A DNA stretch of 64,000 nt, from positions 891,397-955,396 of the forward strand of contig CBDASZ010000001.1 in the NCBI GenBank assembly GCA_965199755.1. Direction: 5' to 3'. Below, in pieces: positions 27,193-37,498 of the stretch. Each line of letters starts with the position of its first letter. Within the stretch, counting starts at the first letter, position 1. The notes under the pieces are model-generated. The model searched no databases and was not told where the DNA came from. It was given only the letters and a program-made list of their open reading frames with translations. The translations under genes and the position numbers were made by a program. This DNA comes from an uncultured candidatus Porisulfidus sp. (GTDB lineage: Bacteria > Pseudomonadota > Gammaproteobacteria > Poriferisulfidales > Poriferisulfidaceae).

Positions 27193-30100
27193 CTAGTCTT
27201 CTTCCGGGACCTGCGACAACTCTTCGAGAGGAACTTCCTTGATCACCGGATTCTCCCAGGAGCCGGTGACATCATAGGTTACGACCGAAGCATCATCAAT
27301 GCCGGCACCGAACAGCTCCAGTAACTTGTTGCCCAAATAGGCACCGGCCACTCCAATCGGCCCGGCCACGGCACCCGCTGCCACCGGCAGCAATACGCTG
27401 ACCTCCGGGGTCGCCACCACTCGCAATTCATAGTCCTCGCCGGTCACGCCAATGCGCCCGGCGATCAGAAACTGCGCAGATGAACCGACGATGCGCAAGC
27501 CTTCCGTATACAAACTGCCCTCCCGGATTGTGAACTCACCTTCCGCCGTCTCATAAGTAAAGCCACCACGCAACACATCATCAAAATCCAGCCGCAAGCG
27601 ATCGAAAATCATCTCCATATTCAGCAGTGCCAGCACGCGCGCAAACTCCGGTGCCATCTGCCGGATCTGTCCATCTTTTGCGTTTAGCATGGCCTCGCCC
27701 TGTACGGCCTTGAAACTATAGTCCGAAGGGCCGCCATCCCAGGCCATATTAAAACTCACATCGCCCACACCGTTGCGCAGGGAACTGTCAATCTCCCAAT
27801 TCTTGAGCGTCTCGTGGATATCATCCGAGTGCATCGTTCCGCCCAAGGTGGTTTTTTCATTCTCACCCGGCCCTTCCCACTGGCCCGACAAGTCCGCATG
27901 GAATTGCTGCGATTCCAGATGCAATTGCTCGATGCGCATGCCTGTTTCATTCGGCCGTGTGCGCAAACTCACATTCTGAAATGGATAACTGCCCCATTTC
28001 AACGAGGCCATGTCAAGGTGTAGTGATGGAATAGATTTCGGATCGGTTGCGCCTTCCTGCATCTCACGAAGTTCTCCGATTTGCTCTGTATGAAACTCCA
28101 AATGCTCGAAGGATCCGATCACAGGATCTCCTGATTTTTCTGGCAGCGTCAGGCTGCCGCGCACCGTCGGTGCGTCAATCTCAAGCGTGCCTCCTGCTTT
28201 TTGGAAATCAGCTGACACCTGAGCTTGCTTCAGATGAAGGCCCATGGCGTCCAGCTCTCCGATATTCAGTTGATAAATTTTCGACAAGCTGCTTTCGCCA
28301 TCGAAAGGATGCCGTTTCTGCCAATCGGCCCAGTCCTGAAGATTCACCTTCGGCAAGCTTCCAGTCACGATCAGATCATGCGATGGCAATTCCTCAGGCT
28401 CCTGCCGGCCTAACGCAATGACGCCACGAACACCGGACTCTTCTACCTTCAATCTCGCTCGTGCCTTCGCCCCGTAATCCAGCGTTAGCTGCATGCCTTG
28501 AGCCAGATCCCAATCCGCGCGAAGAGTTGCCAGCAATGACCCTGCCTCGCCGGGCAGGCCCAAAGGTTCCGGCAGATCAATCTTGAGCCCTTGCAGGTTG
28601 CTTTTCACGAACGCCGACACATGCCGGCGGCGAGAAGGCTGCTCCGGCCCCGGCAGCGTCAATTCAATGTCCCATTCCGTGTTGCCTTCGATCCAAGAAA
28701 GCTCGGATCGCATCTCTGGCGGCATGAACACCTGCGGTGCTGCGCGCACGTCCATTTGCAGATTCAATTCACCAAGGCGATTCGTGGTAACGTCAATATT
28801 GATTGGCGCATCCAGAAAATCAGCCTTCAGGAGGCCAGACAGTTTGGCGTCTTCATAACGCACCGTACCGCGCACATTTTCGAGACGGGTATCGCTGGCT
28901 TGCACCACAATCTCATTCCCCAGCATCCGTAAATCCCCTTGTACGACTGTCGGAACTTTCAATCGATTATCCAGTGATATGCTCACCGCCAGATCCAACT
29001 CCCCGGATCCTTTAAAGCCAACGGAGTTGCTTAGGTCATTCTTCAGGTATTCAATATGCGTCAGAAACTCCGGTATATCCGTCAATGGGCCATTCAGATA
29101 CGCGCTGCTGTGCATGTGCATCAAACTGAGGTCTTGTAAGAAAATGGACAGGTGTGACATATCTGCTTTCATAATGCGTGCGGTGTCGCCCGTCACATGC
29201 AGCGACAGATCGTCCAGATACAGCCGACCGGAAAGCTCGCGCAGCGGCGGCATGCTGGGGTCATAATCAATATCCACCGCATCCAGCTCACCGACCGCCT
29301 GCAGTGCAAACGGAGTTTTGCTCTGTTCGCTTAGAGGAACCTGCATGCGAACATGCCCGTCACGAAACTCCCCGGCTAAAAATGCCTGATAAAGCCAGCG
29401 TTCGTCCGCTGGCAGCAACAGCCCGGACGGCAGCCACTGTGAAATCGACGGCAAGTGGATCCGCTTGATGCGCATATCGACCGCTCCTTGCTTGTCAGGA
29501 TCAATCCAGGCGGCACCTTGCACATGGAATGCCGAATTGTTCAGTTCAAAGTCCTTCACGTACAATCGACAGCAATGCGAGGACTGCTGCAGGTGCATAT
29601 TTGCCTGCACTTTTCCAAGATTTTTATTCTTGAAATTCATAGGGGTATAAGAAAATGTTAATCCTTCGGATTCCAGATCAATCTGTAAGGAATCTGCATT
29701 TCCGGTCACCGCACCATTGAGGTGGCCTACCTTCAGCGTACCTTCCGTTTCCACGAAAGCAATATTCCCAAAACGCGCGCTCCAAGTCTGCCATGTGGAC
29801 CCCGTCCAGTCATAACGGCCTTGCAACTGATGCGCCATGCCGCTGACATTCTTGATGGGCAAATGCTCCTTCAAGTCAAATCCCGCCTGTTCCGCCAGCG
29901 CCAGCCCAGGTTTCAAATCCAAAGTGTCTGTGTGCACCGATAACAAGCCATCGGCGAACTCGGCGTAACTTGGCCCCAGCACCACTCGCTCGTTCATGCT
30001 AAGCGACTCCAGTGCCACGCGATGCTGCGCTGCGTCACGCTTCCAGAGAAACTCTGCACCCAAACTGTTCCAAGGCGTAGCATCTTCGGGAGCAGCCAGA

Positions 30101-30897
30101 TTCAAGCGTGCCGCAACAGAATGCGTCTGCGCGGATTCCCAATCCACCGAGGCCTGCACACTCAAGCGCGTCCTCGAAGGTATCTGATCCGCAATCTCTC
30201 CCGCCCCTTCTGGCAACCATGGGCGAATCACGTCAACTGCGATCTCTTCCAATATCAACTGTCCGCCACCACCGCCCCATGGCGTACCCTGCAGCGACAA
30301 ATCAATCGTGCCCATATCCGGACCCGGCGTTGTATGACGGGCCTTCAGGCTCATGCCGAACAAGCCTTGCGCCAAATCAGCATCGAGTGCCCCCACATTC
30401 AACCGCGCACCTCTCACCGCGTCAGTCAAGACCACGTTGACGTTGCGCAGCCTAACTTCCGACAGGGCTCCGCCTGCGCTGCCTGGCTCCGACAACACCA
30501 TCCCTTCCAAAGCCCAACGACCATCCGTAAGACGCTGCACTTCTACAGCCCCTCCTTCAACCGTAATGCCATTGAGCACCGGCGACAGGGTTCTGAGACT
30601 TTCCAGCAAATCTAGCGTGAAAGACACGCGATCAAACTGATGCGCCGCCTCCGCATCCGGGAAACGAACGCTCAAACCTTCAACGATCATGCGTGGTGCC
30701 ACCCCCGCCCATTCACTGACCGCACGGTCAATCTCCACCTGCGCTTCAAGTGTCTCTGCAATCTGATCCGCCAAAAACTGTCGGGCGTCATCCAGACTGT
30801 AGAGCAGAACGCGAAAGGCCGTCGAGAACAGTGCAATCGCAATGATCAGGGCGGCTACGGCCAACCATAGAAAAGTTCCCACCCTCTTCCTCTTCAT
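27193..30897 (-). CDS. yhdP: YhdP/AsmA2 family phospholipid transport protein
   Basis: 1234 aa, N-terminal anchor, beta-rich, C-terminal LDF.D....GF and Y.VTGSW.NP; next to maf. Confidence 0.88.
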   Translation of the reverse strand: MKRKRVGTFLWLAVAALIIAIALFSTAFRVLLYSLDDARQFLADQIAETLEAQVEIDRAVSEWAGVAPRMIVEGLSVRFPDAEAAHQFDRVSFTLDLLESLRTLSPVLNGITVEGGAVEVQRLTDGRWALEGMVLSEPGSAGGALSEVRLRNVNVVLTDAVRGARLNVGALDADLAQGLFGMSLKARHTTPGPDMGTIDLSLQGTPWGGGGGQLILEEIAVDVIRPWLPEGAGEIADQIPSRTRLSVQASVDWESAQTHSVAARLNLAAPEDATPWNSLGAEFLWKRDAAQHRVALESLSMNERVVLGPSYAEFADGLLSVHTDTLDLKPGLALAEQAGFDLKEHLPIKNVSGMAHQLQGRYDWTGSTWQTWSARFGNIAFVETEGTLKVGHLNGAVTGNADSLQIDLESEGLTFSYTPMNFKNKNLGKVQANMHLQQSSHCCRLYVKDFELNNSAFHVQGAAWIDPDKQGAVDMRIKRIHLPSISQWLPSGLLLPADERWLYQAFLAGEFRDGHVRMQVPLSEQSKTPFALQAVGELDAVDIDYDPSMPPLRELSGRLYLDDLSLHVTGDTARIMKADMSHLSIFLQDLSLMHMHSSAYLNGPLTDIPEFLTHIEYLKNDLSNSVGFKGSGELDLAVSISLDNRLKVPTVVQGDLRMLGNEIVVQASDTRLENVRGTVRYEDAKLSGLLKADFLDAPINIDVTTNRLGELNLQMDVRAAPQVFMPPEMRSELSWIEGNTEWDIELTLPGPEQPSRRRHVSAFVKSNLQGLKIDLPEPLGLPGEAGSLLATLRADWDLAQGMQLTLDYGAKARARLKVEESGVRGVIALGRQEPEELPSHDLIVTGSLPKVNLQDWADWQKRHPFDGESSLSKIYQLNIGELDAMGLHLKQAQVSADFQKAGGTLEIDAPTVRGSLTLPEKSGDPVIGSFEHLEFHTEQIGELREMQEGATDPKSIPSLHLDMASLKWGSYPFQNVSLRTRPNETGMRIEQLHLESQQFHADLSGQWEGPGENEKTTLGGTMHSDDIHETLKNWEIDSSLRNGVGDVSFNMAWDGGPSDYSFKAVQGEAMLNAKDGQIRQMAPEFARVLALLNMEMIFDRLRLDFDDVLRGGFTYETAEGEFTIREGSLYTEGLRIVGSSAQFLIAGRIGVTGEDYELRVVATPEVSVLLPVAAGAVAGPIGVAGAYLGNKLLELFGAGIDDASVVTYDVTGSWENPVIKEVPLEELSQVPEED

Positions 30898-30968
30898 TGC
30901 GTCATCCTGCCTGGTTGAGATATTTGTGCTGGTTCCCGAACCATAGGCCGAGAGTATTGACGGGCATT

Positions 30969-31580
30969 TTAAGGGGAATTGCCCGGCATTGCGTCCGCTG
31001 ACGCACCACCCGTTACGGAACGAACCCCAAAATCACTTAAAACCGCACAGGTTTCATGCACTGGCAAGCCGACCACATTGTCGTAACTGCCCTGAATATT
31101 CTGTACTTGATGACCCGCCAGTCCCTGGATGGCATAGCCTCCCGCGCAAGCCGCCGGCTCGCCACTCTCCCAGTAGGCGGCCAACCAAACTTCCGGCAGG
31201 ATTTTGAACGTCACTTGCGTCACACAGTGGAACACCTGCTCCTGATCATCAGACAACACACACACACCACTCATCACTTCATGCGCCCGGCCACTCAATT
31301 TGTGCATCGTCGCCATGTAGTCGTCTCGGCCGCGTGGCTTGCCATGCACCACTCCGTCACACACCACCACCGTATCCGCCGCCACAATAACCGCCTGTGC
31401 GTGGCTCTTTTGGCAAGTCCGCGCCTTGCTTTGCGCCAAGCGTAACACCAACTCCGCGCCTGTTTCTTCAGCGTGCGGCGTTTCATCCACATCTGCCGCT
31501 GCGATCTCGAAATCAAATCCCGCCTCACGCAACAACTCCGCTCGACGCAGCGATGCAGAAGCCAGCACCAGAGGACTCAT
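30969..31580 (-). CDS. maf: Maf family nucleoside triphosphate pyrophosphatase
   Basis: LVLASAS.RR.ELL, AADTVV, GKP, AGGYAIQG, NVVGLP. Confidence 0.93.
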   Translation of the reverse strand: MSPLVLASASLRRAELLREAGFDFEIAAADVDETPHAEETGAELVLRLAQSKARTCQKSHAQAVIVAADTVVVCDGVVHGKPRGRDDYMATMHKLSGRAHEVMSGVCVLSDDQEQVFHCVTQVTFKILPEVWLAAYWESGEPAACAGGYAIQGLAGHQVQNIQGSYDNVVGLPVHETCAVLSDFGVRSVTGGASADAMPGNSP

Positions 31581-31936
31581 GATTCCGACAGGGATTCACC
31601 CGGAGGGGCTGACCAGAACTTCTCCAGATCATACAATTGCCTCGCTTCAGGCAGCATGACATGGGCGATCACGTCGCCGGCATCCAGCAAAACCCAGTCG
31701 CGGCTACGCTCTTCCGCAATCCTGCCCGCCCGATGATCCCGCAACTTGGCAATCACACGATCCGCGATACTGCTCACATGTCGGTCGGAACGGCCGCTGG
31801 CAACAATCATATAGTCGGTAACCAATGTGCGCTCGCGCACGTCCAGCACCACAATTTCCTCCGCCTTCATATCCTCCATCGCCTCAGTGACCAGTTGTCG
31901 CAATGCGTCAACGTCCGGGCGTAAAGTACCGGCCAT
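31577..31936 (-). CDS. rsfS: ribosome silencing factor RsfS
   Basis: DMKAEEIVVLDV, ASGRSDRHV, WVLLDAGDVIAH, YDLEKFW; start re-assigned to ATG 31936. Confidence 0.94.
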   Translation of the reverse strand: MAGTLRPDVDALRQLVTEAMEDMKAEEIVVLDVRERTLVTDYMIVASGRSDRHVSSIADRVIAKLRDHRAGRIAEERSRDWVLLDAGDVIAHVMLPEARQLYDLEKFWSAPPGESLSES

Positions 31937-31941
31937 TGGCT

Positions 31942-32559
31942 TCAGGCTCCGTACAAATGGTGTCGGCGAATATAAGACCACACCGAACCTGGCAAGCAAT
32001 AGCGCGGCGCTTCACCCGCCTGAACCTGCGCCCGAATATCACGCGACGCGCAATTGTAACGGGTGCTGTGCGCCAGATAGATCGCGCCTTCTGATGTGCA
32101 CTGCAAATCGGCCGCTTCTTGCGTGCAGTGCTCGCGCCAGGGATCCGGCACGTCAGCCGAGTCAAAGGCTTCCACGCGCGCCATCACCACGATGTGACAC
32201 AGATCCAAAATCTCCTGCGCCCGATGCCATCGCGGCAGTCCGAGCAGTGCGTCATCTCCCAGAAACAGACACACGGGACTGTCGGATTCCGCTTTCAGAG
32301 AGGCCAGAGTATCCACCATATACGACGGCCCTGTGCGATCCAGTTCACGAGAGTCCGCAAGCAGACGACGGCCGTCCGCGACGATATTGACCATATCCCA
32401 TCGATGCTGTGCCGAAGCCTCCGGCGCGTCCCGATGCGGCGGCTGCCCGCAGGGAATCAGGCGGATTTCAGACAAGCTCAACTCCGACATTAATTCCAGT
32501 GCCGGCTTGTAATGGCCGAAATGAATGGGATCGAACATCCCTCCGACAATGCCGCGCAT
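31942..32559 (-). CDS. nadD: nicotinate-nucleotide adenylyltransferase
   Basis: GG.FDPIHFGH, PPHR, SY..DTL, AS..IR. Confidence 0.95.
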   Translation of the reverse strand: MRGIVGGMFDPIHFGHYKPALELMSELSLSEIRLIPCGQPPHRDAPEASAQHRWDMVNIVADGRRLLADSRELDRTGPSYMVDTLASLKAESDSPVCLFLGDDALLGLPRWHRAQEILDLCHIVVMARVEAFDSADVPDPWREHCTQEAADLQCTSEGAIYLAHSTRYNCASRDIRAQVQAGEAPRYCLPGSVWSYIRRHHLYGA

Positions 32560-32564
32560 ACCGG

Positions 32565-34313
32565 CTAGAGCCTCTCGATATTCTGAATATTGAGCATCAC
32601 CGATCGATGTCCCTGAAATTCGTCCAGTTGCAACTCGTAGACCAGCCGCAGCCGACTGCCGATGGGTTTTTCCTTCGCATCCCAGCCCAGACGCTCATGT
32701 GAGAAAGCCATGGCCTTGAACTCCATGTCCGGACAATCCACTGGGGCTAACTGGAAGCGCGTGTGTATGTTCTTGAAGACATCGATTTTCTTCACCTCAA
32801 ACTCACCCTCAAAGATCGGCGAAGCAAAATCCTTGCCCCACGGATGACCTGTGGACGCGAACTCCGCATTCTCCAGCGTCAATTCTTTGCCGGGCAACTC
32901 CCCGTCCGTCTCCAGCACAACGCGGGGGCGACCGTCGGCAAACTCTTCCGCGACCACCGCTTCGAACAAAGACTCAAATTCGGCAAGTTTCTCCTTGTGC
33001 AGCGTCAACCCGACCGCTGCTGCATGCCCGCCGTAGCGCACCATCAGATCCGGTGCCTCGCGTTCGACTCGCACCAGCGCATCACGCATATGAAGTCCCT
33101 CGATAGAACGCCCTGAACCCTTCAAGACACCACCTTGCGCATCCGCAAACACAACCGTTGGTAACCCGTACTCTTCTTTGATTCGCGCGGCGAGGATACC
33201 AACCAGACCCTCATGCCACTTGGGGCGATACAGACACAGCGTGGCTACTCCTTCCGGGTCCAGTTCCATCTCTTTGAGCACCTGCATGGCTTCCGTTTGC
33301 ATATCCTCTTGCTGGATCCGACGGCGCTTGTTGATCTGATCCAGCTCCTGAGCCAAACTGTGCGCCTCGACGCGGCCTTCTGCCAACAGGCAACGAATTC
33401 CGATTGAAATGTCTTCGATACGTCCAGCGGCATTGATCCGGGGTGCCACAGCGAACGCCAAGTCGGTGCTACTCGCGCGACGCGGGTCTCGCTTGCCGAA
33501 ACGCAATAAAGAAATAATGCCCGGCACTCCCTTGCCGCTGCGGATGCAGCGCAAACCGTTCTCCACCAGAATTCGATTGTTTCGATCCAGCGGCACTACA
33601 TCCGCAATAGTACCCAAAGCCACTAGGTCCAGAAACTGCGCCATATTCGGTGCCGACCGCGTCTCGCTGAACCAGCCGCTTTCCTGAAGATGCCGACGTA
33701 AGGCCACCATGACATAAAACACGGTGCCCACTCCGGCAAGCGCCGAACTCGGAAAGCAACCATCAGGACTATTCGGGTTGACAATGCAATCCGCGGGCGG
33801 CAATTCCTCCCCCGGCAAATGATGATCGGTCACCAGCACTCGGACGCCGCGTTCGCGTGCCTGAGCGATGGCGGCCTGACTGGACATGCCATTGTCCACT
33901 GTGACGATCAATGCGGGAGCACGCTCCAGGATTTCTTCCATTAACGAGACGCACATCCCATAGCCATGACGAACACGGTCAGGCACCAGATAGTCGACTG
34001 CTTCATGCCCCATGGCGCGCAAACAACGGGTTGCGACGACCACGCCGGTGGCACCATCGGCATCGTAGTCGCCAACCAAAAGGATCTTGCCGGACTCCTG
34101 CACAACATCGCCCAGCAACGCCGCAGCTTCACGGCACGCAGGGAACTCGTCGACCGGCAGAAGTTGGGCCAGAGACAGTTCGAGATGGTCTAGGTCTGAT
34201 ACCCCGCGATGCGCAAACACCCGCTGTTGCAGTGGGGGCAAGTCCTTCAATAAATCCAGCGCGCCCGGGGCGGCTTCACGGCGAACAATACGAGGCTGGA
34301 TTCGGGTGCCCAA
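32565..34313 (-). CDS. recJ: single-stranded-DNA exonuclease RecJ
   Basis: GDYDADG, TVDNG, TDHH, ALGTIADVVPL, PRINAAGR, GGHAAA. Confidence 0.97.
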   Translation of the reverse strand: MGTRIQPRIVRREAAPGALDLLKDLPPLQQRVFAHRGVSDLDHLELSLAQLLPVDEFPACREAAALLGDVVQESGKILLVGDYDADGATGVVVATRCLRAMGHEAVDYLVPDRVRHGYGMCVSLMEEILERAPALIVTVDNGMSSQAAIAQARERGVRVLVTDHHLPGEELPPADCIVNPNSPDGCFPSSALAGVGTVFYVMVALRRHLQESGWFSETRSAPNMAQFLDLVALGTIADVVPLDRNNRILVENGLRCIRSGKGVPGIISLLRFGKRDPRRASSTDLAFAVAPRINAAGRIEDISIGIRCLLAEGRVEAHSLAQELDQINKRRRIQQEDMQTEAMQVLKEMELDPEGVATLCLYRPKWHEGLVGILAARIKEEYGLPTVVFADAQGGVLKGSGRSIEGLHMRDALVRVEREAPDLMVRYGGHAAAVGLTLHKEKLAEFESLFEAVVAEEFADGRPRVVLETDGELPGKELTLENAEFASTGHPWGKDFASPIFEGEFEVKKIDVFKNIHTRFQLAPVDCPDMEFKAMAFSHERLGWDAKEKPIGSRLRLVYELQLDEFQGHRSVMLNIQNIERL

Positions 34314-34446
34314 TGGAACGAAAAATTAAGCATTCGGGAGGCGTCACTCGCATTGTACACCGTGGCCTGTCGCAGGGTACAACATGCTGGCAAAAAATTC
34401 CCTGTAACTGAGGTCAGTTGCATGATGCATACATTCAATTCTACTG

Positions 34447-34701
34447 TCACTTGCGCACCCATTTATAGGCACACTTCCTGATCTCGCGGCGGCCAAAACG
34501 TCCCATTTGCCGACTAGAGTTCCCCTTCCCCCGTGGCAGCATCCATATATTCGTACAGGTGAATCCGGCTTGCTCGACGAAACCAGAGAGAATCAAATCT
34601 ACGGGTACTTCTTCACCGCGATACTGCACATTGTCGCTAACCATAATCACCGCTCCGCCCGAACGAATAGTCTGCGCCAATTCAATAATCACCGCAGCCA
34701 T
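34447..34701 (-). pseudogene. C-terminal remnant of a site-specific DNA methyltransferase
   Basis: DNVQY.GEEVPVDLILS.F.E..GF...IW.LP.GKGNSS.QMG..GR..IRKC.Y.W resembles a modification-methylase C-terminus; in-frame TAG directly upstream and no N-terminal part. Confidence 0.65.
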
Positions 34702-34995
34702 CTACTGTCCCAATCCCTGCGTATCTCGATTGCCTTGATAGGACACCACTTGGCAAATAAAGAGTGGCTGCATGGAAAGCCGCTACGAAAAACGCTGATA
34801 AAGAACTTGCCTATGCTTGTTCTCATCTCTGATCAGGGACTGGCTCCGAGCAACCGTTGCACTCGGTGCCGTTTTCGTATCGCTGACCAGAGAGATATTG
34901 GATGACATGGCACGCTATCATTAATTAAGTTTGCACCACGTTTTCAGTACAAAACCGTTAAGCCTCTGGCTTTTTCTTCATGACCGCACCCATAG

Positions 34996-35310
34996 TTATT
35001 GACAAGCAAACAAATAGGCACGCTGCAGACAAACAGTGATGAATTCCCCACTGTCAGCCAATGTACATCTCCAACTTAGTGGGACAGGCTCCTTCCCGTG
35101 CATCGCACATCCTTTTTGTGCTTGTTCGAGAAGAGATTCCTCGGAAGGCCAATCTCCAAAAAGATCACTTCCTCTTCCACTGTGAACAGCCGTCACTTCT
35201 ACCTTCGCATCACTTATATCCGTAATGAGTGGTGCAGCCGGTTCTTTTTTGGCACAACCCCCAGCCAGCATCGCTAAAAATATAGTTATCAGGAACTTGT
35301 TTTGCATCAT
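34996..35310 (-). CDS. small hypothetical lipoprotein
   Basis: Signal peptide with lipobox-like LAGG-C; four further Cys; AT-richer than its neighbours. Confidence 0.7.
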   Translation of the reverse strand: MMQNKFLITIFLAMLAGGCAKKEPAAPLITDISDAKVEVTAVHSGRGSDLFGDWPSEESLLEQAQKGCAMHGKEPVPLSWRCTLADSGEFITVCLQRAYLFACQ

Positions 35311-35352
35311 TTCCTCCGTGCAAGTTTAATTCGCATCGCTTATTTGCACATA

Positions 35353-35379
35353 TCGGAGTATCACCAGGTGATACTCCGA
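35353..35379. promoter_or_regulatory. perfect 13-1-13 palindrome, candidate operator
   Basis: TCGGAGTATCACC-A-GGTGATACTCCGA in the gap between two divergent genes. Confidence 0.55.
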
Positions 35380-35510
35380 AAATATCAACCCAATACCCAA
35401 AATCACCCTTAACACACCTACATTGCTACAATGCGACACCATTGGCGCATACCAGCGCACTGAAGTTTCATGCCTCCTTGTGAGACCCGACACACCCCTG
35501 ATCTCCGCGG

Positions 35511-36941
35511 ATGAGCGAAACCATTCTGTTTGTCACGGGCAAACTTGCCGAACGCAGTCTCCAGCGCGTGCTAGAGACGATGCAACCGACTGAATTCGAC
35601 TATCACATTCAACAGGTCGGTGCCAGCGTGGCGGCACTGATGACGCCCGCCCTGATCCGCAAACGCCTGCAGCCTCCTGAAGGCATTGACCGCGTTCTGC
35701 TACCAGGTCGGATCCGTGGGGATCTGGAGGAATTGAATCAGCATTTTGGCATCCCGTTCGTGCGCGGCCCGGAAGAATTGAAAGATCTGCCTGTCTGGTT
35801 TGGGCAGGAGGCGCTCGCTTCGGATCTCAGCCGCTATGACGTCCGCATCATCGCCGAGATCACCGAAGCGCCCAACATGACGCCTGAGGAAATCCTGATC
35901 CAGGCACAGCAATACCGAAAGGAAGGCGCAGACATCATCGACGTTGGCTGCCTGCCCGGCGTCACGTTCCCGCATCTGGCGGATGTGGTACGCCTGCTGA
36001 AACAGGAAGACTTTGTGGTGAGCATCGACTCTCTGGTGGATGAAGACTTACTCGCCGGCGGACAAGCCGGCGCGGACTTTCTGCTCAGCCTGCGACGGGA
36101 TACGCTCTGGATTGCTGATGAAGTGGATTCCGTCCCTGTACTGATCGGCGACAGCAACACCGATCTCGATTCACTGTATGCGGCGGTAGACCAGTGCCTT
36201 GCGAACGAGCAAGCTTTTATCGCGGACCCGATTCTGGATCCAATTCATTTCGGCTTCACTGATTCCGTCACGCGCTACGTGGAGCTACGCCGGCGCTATC
36301 CCGACATTCAAATCATGATGGGTATTGGCAATCTGACTGAATTGACGCATGCCGATACCGCCGGGCAAAACGCCTTGATGTTCGGCATGGTCTCGGAACT
36401 CGACATCCAGTATGTCTTGACCACCCAAGTCAGTGAACATTGCCGCACCTCCATTCGGGAAGCTGACCACGCGCGGCGCATCATGCGCGCAGCCGCCGAG
36501 CAAGGGCTTCCGCCCAAAGGCATTGACAATGATTTGATGATGCTCCACGAGCGGCACCCCTACCCATACACCGCTGAGGAAATCGCCGAATTTGCCGCTG
36601 CCATTCGCGATCCGAACTTCCGTATTCAAGTTACTGATGACGGCATCCACCTGTACAATCGGGACGGCGAATGGATCCATACCGATCCCTTTGACTTCTA
36701 CCCCGACTTGAATCTCGACGACGACCCCGGACACCTGTTCTATCTTGGTGCAGAACTCGCGCGGGCGCAGATCGCTTGGCGGCTGGGCAAACGCTACCAG
36801 CAAGACGAAGATATGCCGTGGGGCTGCGCCTATACTCCAGAGCCTGAAGACTTGTCGAAATTCAGCGGAAAAGGCACCACGAGAAAGAAATCTAAAGACA
36901 GAATACGCCATAGGAAACAAAGAGATGCCTCAAATACTTGA
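35511..36941 (+). CDS. dihydropteroate-synthase-like protein (DUF6513 N-terminus, Orf20-like), methanopterin biosynthesis
   Basis: LFVTGKLA, V.VAALMT, RGPEELKDLP, GADIIDVGC, DPILDPIHFGF, MG.GNLTELT.AD..G.NA, H..YLGAELARA..A..LGKRY.QD. Confidence 0.85.
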   Translation: MSETILFVTGKLAERSLQRVLETMQPTEFDYHIQQVGASVAALMTPALIRKRLQPPEGIDRVLLPGRIRGDLEELNQHFGIPFVRGPEELKDLPVWFGQEALASDLSRYDVRIIAEITEAPNMTPEEILIQAQQYRKEGADIIDVGCLPGVTFPHLADVVRLLKQEDFVVSIDSLVDEDLLAGGQAGADFLLSLRRDTLWIADEVDSVPVLIGDSNTDLDSLYAAVDQCLANEQAFIADPILDPIHFGFTDSVTRYVELRRRYPDIQIMMGIGNLTELTHADTAGQNALMFGMVSELDIQYVLTTQVSEHCRTSIREADHARRIMRAAAEQGLPPKGIDNDLMMLHERHPYPYTAEEIAEFAAAIRDPNFRIQVTDDGIHLYNRDGEWIHTDPFDFYPDLNLDDDPGHLFYLGAELARAQIAWRLGKRYQQDEDMPWGCAYTPEPEDLSKFSGKGTTRKKSKDRIRHRKQRDASNT

Positions 36942-37494
36942 AAGCATCGTCACCACACGCGGTGAGGATGACACGCCGCATATCGCACCGATGGGCGTGC
37001 ACCGCGAGGAACGTCATCTACTACTGAAGCCCTTTCGCCCGTCACGCACGCTGGAGAACCTGCAGCACCACGGTGTCGCGGTGGTCAACCGCCCGGATGA
37101 TGTGCGCGTGTTCGCCGGCTGTCTGACCGATCGCAAGGATTGGCCTGTAACCAGCGCCGATGTCATTGAATGTCCGCGTCTGACCTCTTGCCTGTCACAT
37201 GCTGAAGTGGAGGTGGTGGGGTTTGAAGACGATGATTTGCGCCCGACGTTCCGCTGCAAAATCGTGCACGAAGTCGCGCACGCGCCCTTTCAGGGCTATA
37301 ATCGCGCACAAGCGGCCGTCATTGAACTGGCCATCCTGACCAGTCGTCTGGACCGGCTCCCTGAAGATAAACTACGTCGCGAAATCGACTACCTGAACAT
37401 TGCCATTGGCAAAACTGCGGGCGACAGGGAGCAACAAGCCTGGGACTGGTTGATGCAAAAAGTCATCGCTCATCACCCGACATTGGAAAACTAA
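36925..37494 (+). CDS. DUF447 family protein associated with methanopterin biosynthesis
   Basis: I.E.IVTT, HIAPMG, PFRPSRTLENL, G.NRAQAAVIE.AIL.SR, IAI.KTAG..E..AW; start ATG 36925. Confidence 0.85.
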   Translation: MPQILESIVTTRGEDDTPHIAPMGVHREERHLLLKPFRPSRTLENLQHHGVAVVNRPDDVRVFAGCLTDRKDWPVTSADVIECPRLTSCLSHAEVEVVGFEDDDLRPTFRCKIVHEVAHAPFQGYNRAQAAVIELAILTSRLDRLPEDKLRREIDYLNIAIGKTAGDREQQAWDWLMQKVIAHHPTLEN

Positions 37495-37498
37495 ACCC

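Noticed and set aside
35359-35373. Phage lambda operator resemblance (TATCACC...GGTGATA)
   Set aside because: Spacing differs from the 17-bp lambda site and no phage genes are present; treated as coincidence.
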